Origin: an uncultured Bacteroidota bacterium
GTDB taxonomy: Bacteria; Bacteroidota; Bacteroidia; Flavobacteriales; Flavobacteriaceae
Direction: 5' to 3'
Assembly: GCA_903842575.1 (NCBI GenBank)
Contig: CAIMMM010000006.1
Span: forward strand, 11,456 to 75,455
Length of the DNA: 64,000 nt
This document shows positions 1 to 7,843 of the stretch, piece by piece. Below the pieces are notes generated by a model. That model made no database searches, was not told the DNA's origin, and saw nothing but the letters and a program-made list of their open reading frames with translations. Position 1 is the first letter of the stretch. Every line of letters starts with the position of its first letter. Position numbers and translations under genes: made by a program.

Positions 1-1111
1 CCAACGTTTGGGCTGGAAACTGGTCTTGGGAAATATGGGGTAAAAACTTTTTGGCATCTACAAAAATTCCGTGACCTCCAATAGGTTTTACAATTGGAAT
101 CCCATATTCCATCATTTTTTCACCCAAATAAATTACCTGCCCTACTCTGGCTCTAATGTGGTCGTCATTAACACTCTCTCCAATTCCAATTGCCATAGCT
201 TCCATGTCTCTTCCTGCAAGACCACCATAGGTGTGTAATCCTTCATAAACCACCACCATGTTTCTGGCTTCTTCAAAAACATCCCAATCATTTACCGCAA
301 GAAATCCGCCGATATTCACCAAGGCATCTTTTTTGGCACTCATTGTGGCACCATCGGTATAGGAATTTATTTCTTTTACAATTTCTCTAATGGTTTTGTC
401 TTCATATCCTTTTTCTTTTTGCTGAATGAAATAGGCATTCTCAGCAACTCTAGTCATATCATGGATGACACGAATACCGTGTTTTGTTGTTAGTGCTCTA
501 AGCTCTTTTAAATTTTGCATGCTGATGGGCTGTCCACCAGCCATGTTCACGCTAGTTGCCATACTTACATAAGGAATTCGCTCCGCACCATATTCTTGTA
601 TCAATGCATCCAATTTATCCATATCGATATTTCCCTTAAAAGGAAATTCATTTTCAGGATCGTGTGCTTCATCAATAATGATGTCTTTGAAAGTTCCTCC
701 AGCTAATTCTTGATGCAAACGAGTGGTTGTGAAATACATGTTTCCTGGAATGATATCCCCTTCTTTAATTAAAATTTTGGAAAGGATATTTTCTGCGCCT
801 CTCCCTTGATGGGTCGGAATAAGATATTTATAACCATATACTTCTTGTACCACTTGTTCCAAATGATAAAAATTACTACTTCCAGCATAGGCTTCGTCTC
901 CCAACATCATTCCGGCCCATTGTCTGTCGCTCATAGCAGAAGTTCCACTATCGGTTAATAAATCGATATAAACATCCTCCGATTTTAATAAGAACGTGTT
1001 GTAACCCGCTTCTTCTAATGCGATTTGGCGTTGTTTTGGCGTTGTCATTTTCAACAACTCTACCATTTTTATTTTATAGGGTTCGGCCCAACTTTGTTTT
1101 ATAGTTTTCAT
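1..1111 (-). CDS. beta-eliminating lyase, tyrosine phenol-lyase-like (N-terminal ~370 aa; C-terminus lies beyond the window start)
   Basis: My own minus-strand translation from ATG (1111..1109): MKTIKQSWAEPYKIKMVE..IDLLTDSGTSAMSDRQWAGMM..IPTHQGRGAEN..GNMYFTTTRLHQE..SAKKDALVNIGGF. It has the PLP-lysine SAKKD motif. The NMYFTTTR motif is as I recall it from Citrobacter tyrosine phenol-lyase. Missing from the ORF track because it is open at the window edge. Confidence 0.75.
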   Translation of the reverse strand, partial: MKTIKQSWAEPYKIKMVELLKMTTPKQRQIALEEAGYNTFLLKSEDVYIDLLTDSGTSAMSDRQWAGMMLGDEAYAGSSNFYHLEQVVQEVYGYKYLIPTHQGRGAENILSKILIKEGDIIPGNMYFTTTRLHQELAGGTFKDIIIDEAHDPENEFPFKGNIDMDKLDALIQEYGAERIPYVSMATSVNMAGGQPISMQNLKELRALTTKHGIRVIHDMTRVAENAYFIQQKEKGYEDKTIREIVKEINSYTDGATMSAKKDALVNIGGFLAVNDWDVFEEARNMVVVYEGLHTYGGLAGRDMEAMAIGIGESVNDDHIRARVGQVIYLGEKMMEYGIPIVKPIGGHGIFVDAKKFLPHISQDQFPAQTL

Positions 1112-1126
1112 TTTAATTTATTTTAA

Positions 1127-2500
1127 TTATTGTATGGGTTTTAGTTTAGCCGTAAAGTGTCTTAGCATTTGTGCTTCTTCTATGATTTTAAGGCCTTTTA
1201 TTGCTGTTTTATTTTTAAAAACTTCTATTATTATTTCTGCTACATAATCGATGTGGCTTTGTGTATATACCCTTCTTGGAATTGCCAGACGAACCAATTC
1301 CAATGCTGCCGGGATTAAATTTCCATCATTATCATATTTGCCAAACATAAGCGAGCCAATTTCCACACTTCGAATACCTCCTTCTAAATATAAAGCACCC
1401 ACTAATGCTTGTCCCGGATATTGTTCAACAGGAATATGAGAAAGGAATTCTTTTGCGTCAAGATATACGGCATGACCGCCCGCTGGTTGCATTATTGGGA
1501 CACCCGCTTCAATCAATTTATTGGCAAGATATTCTATACTGCGGATGCGATATTGTAAGTAATTTTCATCTAGCACTTCGTTCAATCCAATAGCAATGGC
1601 TTCAAGATCTCTTCCTGCAAGACCACCATAAGTTGGAAACCCTTCGGTTATTACAAGTAGATTTCTGCATTGAAGTGCTAAATCTTCATTATACATAGCT
1701 AGGAAACCCCCAATATTGGCAAAAGCGTCTTTCTTGGCGCTCATCGTACAACCATCGGCATATGAAAAAAGTTCTTTTGCAATTTCTCTAACAGAAACAT
1801 TCTCATACCCTTTTTCTCTGGTTTTGATGAAATATGAATTCTCTGCAAATCGGCAAGCATCAATAAAAAGAGGGATGCCATTTGCCACACAAATTTCTTT
1901 AACATCCTTTATGTTTTGCATACTTACTGGTTGACCACCACCCGAATTATTGGTGACTGTAATCATACAAAGCGGAATATTTTCTGCTCCTTTTTCTGCA
2001 ACAAAATTTTTCAAGGCTTCAACATCCATGTTGCCTTTGAAAGGCGCCGGAATTGAAGGATGTTTCCCTTCTTTACATAAAAGATCTACTCCTTCCGCAC
2101 CTGAAAATTCAATATTGGCTCTTGTTGTATCAAACAAAGTGTTGCTCACAATATATTTCCCTTTACCACCAAGAATACTAAAAAGTATTTTTTCGGAGGC
2201 TCTACCTTGATGAGTAGGGATTACCAATGGCATTCCTGTGATTTGTTGTATGGTTTCTTGAAATCTAAAAAAGCTTGGGCTTCCCGCATACGATTCGTCT
2301 CCCTGCATTATTCCTGCCCATTGATTGCTACTCATGGCGCTAGTTCCGCTATCTGTCAATAAATCGATTATTACATCTGTGGAGTGTATCAAAAAAGGAT
2401 TATAATCTGCTGTTTCTAAAATATATTGTCTCTCTTCCTTGGTATTAAAATAAATGGGTTCAACAGATTTTATTCGGAAGGGTTCTATGATTGTTCTCAT
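1127..2500 (-). CDS. tnaA: beta-eliminating lyase, tryptophanase-like
   Basis: 457 aa. Motifs EPFRIKSVEP, DLLTDSGTSAMS, IPTHQGR, SAKKDAF (PLP lysine) and LFDTTR. The C-terminal LRHFTAKLKP resembles E. coli TnaA. Only 15 nt upstream of the next lyase gene. Confidence 0.7.
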   Translation of the reverse strand: MRTIIEPFRIKSVEPIYFNTKEERQYILETADYNPFLIHSTDVIIDLLTDSGTSAMSSNQWAGIMQGDESYAGSPSFFRFQETIQQITGMPLVIPTHQGRASEKILFSILGGKGKYIVSNTLFDTTRANIEFSGAEGVDLLCKEGKHPSIPAPFKGNMDVEALKNFVAEKGAENIPLCMITVTNNSGGGQPVSMQNIKDVKEICVANGIPLFIDACRFAENSYFIKTREKGYENVSVREIAKELFSYADGCTMSAKKDAFANIGGFLAMYNEDLALQCRNLLVITEGFPTYGGLAGRDLEAIAIGLNEVLDENYLQYRIRSIEYLANKLIEAGVPIMQPAGGHAVYLDAKEFLSHIPVEQYPGQALVGALYLEGGIRSVEIGSLMFGKYDNDGNLIPAALELVRLAIPRRVYTQSHIDYVAEIIIEVFKNKTAIKGLKIIEEAQMLRHFTAKLKPIQ

Positions 2501-2727
2501 AAGTGATTTTTTTAAGTTAATTGGAATTGCCTTGTCTTCATTGGCGTAAGCTTACACAAGCTTTTAAAACTTGGGAATTTCATAAAATAGTTAAAATTTA
2601 AAGTAATTTAAATGGAGAGTGCCCCCGCAAAGTGATGGTCTTAGGGGCTTTAAAAATTATGAAGGATGTTTTATGATATTTTTCCAATGTTTCATGATAC
2701 AAAGGTGATTTTTCTAATTTAAATTTT

Positions 2728-2743
2728 ATATGATTTTTATCAT
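2728..2743. promoter_or_regulatory. Fnr/Crp-type palindrome TATGAT-tttt-ATCATA (distal site upstream of ric)
   Basis: Perfect 6+4+6 inverted repeat read directly. Core TGAT-N4-ATCA matches the FNR-box core. Confidence 0.5.
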
Positions 2744-2782
2744 ACTCTATTTAATAGCTTAGGGCTAAAATTAGTTTCATTA

Positions 2783-2798
2783 TTATGATTACCATCAT
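2783..2798. promoter_or_regulatory. Fnr/Crp-type palindrome TATGAT-tacc-ATCATA (proximal site upstream of ric-nrdDG)
   Basis: Perfect 6+4+6 inverted repeat. Its centre lies about 32-39 bp upstream of a TAAATTTG -7 box (2822..2829), a class-II-like position. Confidence 0.55.
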
Positions 2799-2821
2799 AC
2801 ATATCAATAATCGATATCCTG

Positions 2822-2829
2822 TAAATTTG
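2822..2829 (+). promoter_or_regulatory. Bacteroidota sigma-A -7 box (TAnnTTTG) for ric-nrdDG
   Basis: TAAATTTG, 15 nt upstream of the ric ATG. Matches the TAnnTTTG consensus. Confidence 0.45.
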
Positions 2830-2843
2830 AAAAAAAAATAGTT

Positions 2844-3572
2844 ATGGAAATTATGGGAAAAAAGACAATCGGAGAATATGTTGCAAAAGATTTTAGAACT
2901 GCAGCCGTTTTTTCAAAACACAAAATTGATTTCTGCTGCAAAGGCAATAGAACTTTAGAAGAAGTTTGCCAAAAAAAAGGATTAGACAATAAACTTATAC
3001 AAAATGAAATCATTTCAGTCTTGGAAACTAAAAATGATACTACTACCGATTTTAATTCTTGGGATTTGGATTTATTAATTGATTATATTGAGAAAAAACA
3101 CCATCGTTATATAGAAGAGAAAACACCATCTATTTTACAATTTTTGGAAAAACTATGCAAAGTCCATGGCGAAAGACATCCTGAACTTTTTGACATTAAT
3201 GTTTTGTTTAATATTGGCGCTGGAGCATTGGCGCAACACATGAAAAAAGAAGAATTAATTTTATTTCCATATGTAAAAAAATTATGCCAAGCAATAAAAG
3301 AAAATTCATCCATAGAACAACCTCATTTTGGCACCATCGAAAACCCTATTGCAATGATGATGGATGAACATGAAAATGAAGGAGAGCGATATAGTAAAAT
3401 TTCACAATTAACCAACAATTATACTCCACCAGAAGATGCTTGTAATACTTATAAAGTAGCCTTTTTAATGTTACAAGAGTTTGAGCAAGATTTACACAAA
3501 CACATTCACCTAGAGAATAACATCCTCTTTCCAAAAGCCAAGGAAATAGAAAAACAATTTTCTATTTTATAA
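2844..3572 (+). CDS. ric: iron-sulfur cluster repair di-iron protein (RIC / ScdA / YtfE family)
   Basis: N-terminal ScdA_N-like KTIGEYVAKDFRTAAVFSKHKIDFCCKG. Hemerythrin-like His/Glu motifs (HHRYIEE, HMKKEE, MMDEHENEGE, HIHLENN). Confidence 0.85.
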   Translation: MEIMGKKTIGEYVAKDFRTAAVFSKHKIDFCCKGNRTLEEVCQKKGLDNKLIQNEIISVLETKNDTTTDFNSWDLDLLIDYIEKKHHRYIEEKTPSILQFLEKLCKVHGERHPELFDINVLFNIGAGALAQHMKKEELILFPYVKKLCQAIKENSSIEQPHFGTIENPIAMMMDEHENEGERYSKISQLTNNYTPPEDACNTYKVAFLMLQEFEQDLHKHIHLENNILFPKAKEIEKQFSIL

Positions 3573-3604
3573 TTAAAAAATTAAACACTAAAAAGCGATC
3601 ACCT

Positions 3605-5719
3605 ATGGAAAAATATGTTATCAAAAGAAACGGCGATTACAAACTTTTTGAATCCTTTAAAATAAAAGACGCTATTGAAAAAAGTTTTAAAAGTGTCTCA
3701 ATTCCATATAATGATAGCGTTTTTGAAAGTGTTATGGTTTCTATTGACATAAAGGAAACATGGGCTGTTGAGGAAATTCAAGATTTGATTGAAAAAATGC
3801 TTTTTCAAAAAGAGTATTTTAGTGTTATGCGTTCATTTATGTTATTTCGTCATACGAGAAAATTACAACGGGAACATATTCAAGGATTAAATGACGATAC
3901 AACCTATGTAGATAGTACGCAAACTATCGAAGAATATATTTCTCAAACCGATTGGAGAATTAATGCCAATGCCAATACATCTTATTCCAATGCTGGCTTA
4001 GTAAATAATGTAGCTGGGAAAATAATTGCCAATTATTGGCTGGACAAAGTATATACAAAAGAAGAAGGTTATGCCCATCGAAATGGTGATATTCATATCC
4101 ATGATTTGGATTGTTTGACTGGTTATTGTGCGGGATGGAGTTTGAGAGTTTTACTAAATGATGGCTTTAATGGTGTTCGTGGACGTGTGGAAAGTAAAGC
4201 GCCTTCCCATTTTAGAGAAGCACTTGGACAAATGGCAAATTTTCTGGGCATTCTTCAAAGCGAATGGGCCGGAGCTCAGGCTTTTAGTTCATTTGACACT
4301 TATTTGGCTCCGTATATTTTTAAAGACAATTTGTCATTTGATGATGTTTTAAAAGCGGTTCGAAGTTTTGTCTACAATTTGAATGTTCCAGCGCGTTGGG
4401 GGCAATCCCCTTTTACAAATATTACTTTAGATTGGGTTGTGCCTTCCGATTTAAAAGAGCAAATTCCAACCAAAAATGATCATCATTTATTTGAAACTAT
4501 AACCGATGAAAACGTAATCATTCGTTGCAAAGAAAGAGGGGTTGCTTCTTTAATTGAAATGCGTTATGAACATTTTCAAACCGAAATGAATTTGATTAAT
4601 AAAGCCTATTATACTGTAATGACAGAAGGTGATGCCAATGGACAACCTTTTACTTTTCCAATTCCAACTGTAAATATTACCGAAGATTTTGATTGGAATG
4701 GCGAAAACACCGAAATACTTTTTGAAAATACTGCTAAAATTGGTTCGTCCTATTTTCAAAATTTTATTGGAAGTCAATATGTTTTAGATGAATTAGGAAA
4801 TCGCGTTGAAAATCCTAATGCCTATAAACCCAATGCCGTTCGCAGCATGTGCTGTCGTTTGCAACTCGATTTAAGAGAGTTGTTAAAACGGGGGAACGGT
4901 CTTTTTGGAAGTGCCGAAATGACGGGAAGTATTGGTGTTGTAACAATTAATATGGCTCGATTAGGTTATTTATATGAAGGAAATAAAGAAGCTCTTTTCG
5001 ATCAATTGGATAAGCTAATGGAGATTTCAAAATCAACTTTAGAGAAAAAAAGGGTATTTATTCAGCAAATGTATGATAGAGGTTTGTTTCCTTATACTAA
5101 AAGATATTTACCTCATTTTCGGAATCATTTTTCAACCATCGGTGTTAACGGAATGAACGAGATGGTTCGAAATTTCACAAATGATAAAGACGATATTTCA
5201 TCTGATTTTGGCAATGATTTTTGTTTAGAAATTTTAAATCATATCCGAAATCGGATGAAAGAATTTCAAGAGCAAACAGGGAATCTGTACAATCTTGAAG
5301 CCACGCCAGCAGAAGGGACTACTTATCGTTTTGCCAAAGAAGATAAAAAACGTTTTCCAAATATTCTGCAAGCCGGAACTGGTGAGAATATCTATTACAC
5401 TAATAGTTCTCAAATTCCTGTTGATTTTACCCAAGATCCATTTGAAGCTTTACTTATGCAAGACGAATTGCAATGTAAATATACAGGAGGAACGGTTTTG
5501 CATTTATACATGAATGAAAGAATAAGTTCTTCTGAAGCGTGTAAAAATTTTGTAAAAACAGTCTTGACAAATTTCAAATTGCCTTATATAACGGTAACAC
5601 CTGTATTTAGTGTTTGCCCTATACATGGATATTTAAACGGAGAACATGAATATTGTCCAAAATGTGACGAAGTCTTAATTGAAAACCAAAACAACACACT
5701 ATATGAAAACAAAGACTAA
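3605..5719 (+). CDS. nrdD: anaerobic ribonucleoside-triphosphate reductase NrdD, catalytic body without the glycyl-radical motif (stops early)
   Basis: N-terminal ATP-cone (VIKRNGDYKLFESFKIKDAIEKSF), class III RNR body and a Zn-ribbon (CPIHG..CPKC). The ORF stops 40 nt after CPKC, and no RVxGY motif occurs in this frame. Confidence 0.85.
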   Translation: MEKYVIKRNGDYKLFESFKIKDAIEKSFKSVSIPYNDSVFESVMVSIDIKETWAVEEIQDLIEKMLFQKEYFSVMRSFMLFRHTRKLQREHIQGLNDDTTYVDSTQTIEEYISQTDWRINANANTSYSNAGLVNNVAGKIIANYWLDKVYTKEEGYAHRNGDIHIHDLDCLTGYCAGWSLRVLLNDGFNGVRGRVESKAPSHFREALGQMANFLGILQSEWAGAQAFSSFDTYLAPYIFKDNLSFDDVLKAVRSFVYNLNVPARWGQSPFTNITLDWVVPSDLKEQIPTKNDHHLFETITDENVIIRCKERGVASLIEMRYEHFQTEMNLINKAYYTVMTEGDANGQPFTFPIPTVNITEDFDWNGENTEILFENTAKIGSSYFQNFIGSQYVLDELGNRVENPNAYKPNAVRSMCCRLQLDLRELLKRGNGLFGSAEMTGSIGVVTINMARLGYLYEGNKEALFDQLDKLMEISKSTLEKKRVFIQQMYDRGLFPYTKRYLPHFRNHFSTIGVNGMNEMVRNFTNDKDDISSDFGNDFCLEILNHIRNRMKEFQEQTGNLYNLEATPAEGTTYRFAKEDKKRFPNILQAGTGENIYYTNSSQIPVDFTQDPFEALLMQDELQCKYTGGTVLHLYMNERISSSEACKNFVKTVLTNFKLPYITVTPVFSVCPIHGYLNGEHEYCPKCDEVLIENQNNTLYENKD

Positions 5720-5867
5720 CGAAGTTTTAGAACAAAATCAACATTTAAGAACAAAATGTTTGGTTTATACTAGAGTTATGGGGTATCACAGGCCTGTGGA
5801 AAGTTTTAATATTGGGAAAAAAGGAGAACACAAACAACGAGTTCATTTTAAAGAAAGTGTGTGTTAA
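5703..5867 (+). CDS. detached NrdD glycyl-radical domain in the +1 frame (frameshifted C-terminus or stand-alone peptide)
   Basis: Translation ..KCLVYTRVMGYHRPVESFNIGKKGEHKQRVHF carries the RV-x-GY glycyl-radical signature. ATG at 5703 (the track ORF begins at TTG 5679). It overlaps the nrdD stop, and nrdG overlaps its own end. Confidence 0.6.
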   Translation: MKTKTNEVLEQNQHLRTKCLVYTRVMGYHRPVESFNIGKKGEHKQRVHFKESVC

Positions 5868-6535
5868 CAAAACCTATTTATAATATTACACCATTTACCT
5901 TATTAGATTATCCAAATAAATCGGCTTGTATCCTTTGGTATTCAGGTTGTAATATGCGGTGTTTGTATTGCTATAATCCCGAAATTGTTTTAGGAAAAGG
6001 AACTCTTTCTTTTTCTGAAGCAATTTCTTTTTTAAAAAAGAGAAAAGGATTGCTTGATGCTGTTGTTTTTAGTGGTGGTGAGTGTTTAATTCATAAAAAT
6101 ATTATTGAACAAATCAGAGAAGTAAAAGCATTAGGGTTTTTAATAAAAATTGACACCAATGGCTCAAATTCATTGGTTTTACAACAATTGATTGCAGAAA
6201 ACCTAATTGATTATGTTGCATTAGATTTCAAAACTGTTAGAAGTAAGTTTCAGGAAATCACAAATTCAAATTTGTTTATAGAATTTGAAAAATCATTTGA
6301 AACACTTCTTAATAACAATGTGAAATTTGAAATAAGAACTACTTACCACTCCAATCTTATATCAAATGATGATTTAAAAGAAATGTCGAATTATCTTGAA
6401 TCCAAAAAATATTTGGGAAATTACTATATACAATCTTTTAAAAATAATGTTGAAACCATCGGAAAATTGCCAGCTTCATTAAGAATAAAGGAAACTAGAA
6501 ACGCATTAAATTATAGTGTGTTTTTTAGAAATTAA
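5861..6535 (+). CDS. nrdG: anaerobic ribonucleoside-triphosphate reductase activating protein (radical SAM)
   Basis: ITPFTLLDYPNKSACILWYSGCNMRCLYCYNP has the CxxxCxxC motif. Follows nrdD directly. GTG start. Confidence 0.85.
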   Translation: MLTKPIYNITPFTLLDYPNKSACILWYSGCNMRCLYCYNPEIVLGKGTLSFSEAISFLKKRKGLLDAVVFSGGECLIHKNIIEQIREVKALGFLIKIDTNGSNSLVLQQLIAENLIDYVALDFKTVRSKFQEITNSNLFIEFEKSFETLLNNNVKFEIRTTYHSNLISNDDLKEMSNYLESKKYLGNYYIQSFKNNVETIGKLPASLRIKETRNALNYSVFFRN

Positions 6536-7843
6536 TTTCAAGTTTTTTAATAGCTCAAAGACAATTATATACAATCCTACAAATATTCCCATCCCAAAAA
6601 GTACAAACACTGTATAAATCCAATGCAGTGAATCTTGAAATTTACTAAACGAAAGTATTTGATTAAAATACATCCAGTATCCTTTTTTTATTCCCAATAG
6701 CAATAGAGTCAACCAAAAAAGCATGAAAGAAATACTAAAGATTTTAGTTCCAATGTGTATTCTTTTTTCTGAAATAAAAGTGATTTTTTTCTCCAAGTCT
6801 AAAATATATGCGATTGAGGATAATAGTATTAGTGTGTTAATTCCAATAGTTGTTCCCATGGAATGAGCAACCGTAATATGGGTGCCATGAGTAAATAAAT
6901 TAATGGATGGAATAGATATTAATAAGGCTAAAACAATGTTTAAAAATATCCAAAAATTTGCCAAAAGCATAAATTTATAGGCTATCGAATATTCAATTTT
7001 CTTTTCTTTAGACAAGCTCTTTTTCCAATCATAAATTATTGAAAATAAAATAATCCATTCTGTCATACTGATACCATAAGCTAAATATCTAATCCATGGT
7101 GCCGTAGGAACAATGTAAATGTGATGCGCCCAACCAAACATTAAATTGATTAACCCAAGAAAGTAAAAGAAAAATGCTTTTTTAGATTGTGCATAACTAT
7201 CATCGTTACTGATTTTTGACATAACAAAGAGAGCCGTTCCATAAATCAACATATTCCAAGAACCCACATAGGAACCACCAGATTTCCATTGCATTGCTAT
7301 ATTTTGCACAAAATTATCTCTAAAATAAGGCAACATCCATAAATGTGCTTCCGTGAAATGATAGATCATAAACCCAATTCCTGTTGCCCACATCCAAAAA
7401 TAAACAGGCCAACTTTTAAATGACGGCAACATTGTTTTATAATAATTTATTCCAAATAAAATCCATCCTGAAACAATTGGAAAATAAAAATAGGGAGGGA
7501 ATTCTAAATATTCCCTTCCACTAAAATTATGTAAAACATAGGAGATAGCAATTCCAATTCCGGCACAAACAAAGAGCCAAAAATGTACCTTTATGAGTTT
7601 TAGATTATATATTTTAAGGTTGGGATTTGTGTTTAAATAATAATAAATTCCACCAATGGAAGAAAGTAATATCCAGGAAACAACGAAAAGAGTATGAAGA
7701 GGACGCAGCGCATTGAAAGGCAAAATGTCTTTCATAAAATCAGGGATGATGTATTGAAAGCCTGCCAATAATCCACAAAGCAAACCAAGAAGTAATGAAA
7801 TCAAACCTACTATAATAAAGTAAAAAGGATATTTATTTTTCAT
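6506..7843 (-). CDS. heme-copper oxidase superfamily subunit I-like protein (NorB/CcoN-like, divergent)
   Basis: About 12 predicted TM segments. Motifs RPLH (aa 47-50), YHFTEAH (161-167), WAHH (238-241) and THGTHITVAHSMG (318-330), which parallels the CcoN motif SHYTDWTIGHVHSG. Its start overlaps the upstream cytochrome c gene. Confidence 0.65.
   Translation of the reverse strand: MKNKYPFYFIIVGLISLLLGLLCGLLAGFQYIIPDFMKDILPFNALRPLHTLFVVSWILLSSIGGIYYYLNTNPNLKIYNLKLIKVHFWLFVCAGIGIAISYVLHNFSGREYLEFPPYFYFPIVSGWILFGINYYKTMLPSFKSWPVYFWMWATGIGFMIYHFTEAHLWMLPYFRDNFVQNIAMQWKSGGSYVGSWNMLIYGTALFVMSKISNDDSYAQSKKAFFFYFLGLINLMFGWAHHIYIVPTAPWIRYLAYGISMTEWIILFSIIYDWKKSLSKEKKIEYSIAYKFMLLANFWIFLNIVLALLISIPSINLFTHGTHITVAHSMGTTIGINTLILLSSIAYILDLEKKITFISEKRIHIGTKIFSISFMLFWLTLLLLGIKKGYWMYFNQILSFSKFQDSLHWIYTVFVLFGMGIFVGLYIIVFELLKNLKLISKKHTII

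Noticed and set aside
2512-2541. 9-codon mini-ORF (MKTRQFQLT) just upstream of the tryptophanase-like gene, as a possible TnaC-type leader peptide.
   Set aside because: It has no Trp codon and no resemblance to TnaC. It is very short and A/T-rich, so it is expected by chance, and no rut or terminator structure is evident. Not supportable.
2621-2648. Isolated GC-rich hairpin GCCCC-n18-GGGGC in the 343-bp tnaA-like/ric intergenic region, as a possible small RNA or riboswitch.
   Set aside because: The stem is only 5 bp with a large loop. I recognise no riboswitch consensus, and neither orientation has a convincing promoter plus terminator. Noted only as a local compositional oddity.
5700-5722. 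Programmed +1 ribosomal frameshift (tRNA-Lys slipping AAA to AAG at AAC-AAA-GAC-TAA) to fuse NrdD with its glycyl-radical domain.
   Set aside because: The slippery codon is not directly followed by the stop or an obviously slow codon, and no stimulatory element is apparent. A simple indel, a duplication or a genuinely split gene are more economical explanations. It stays listed as an alternative under the nrdD finding.
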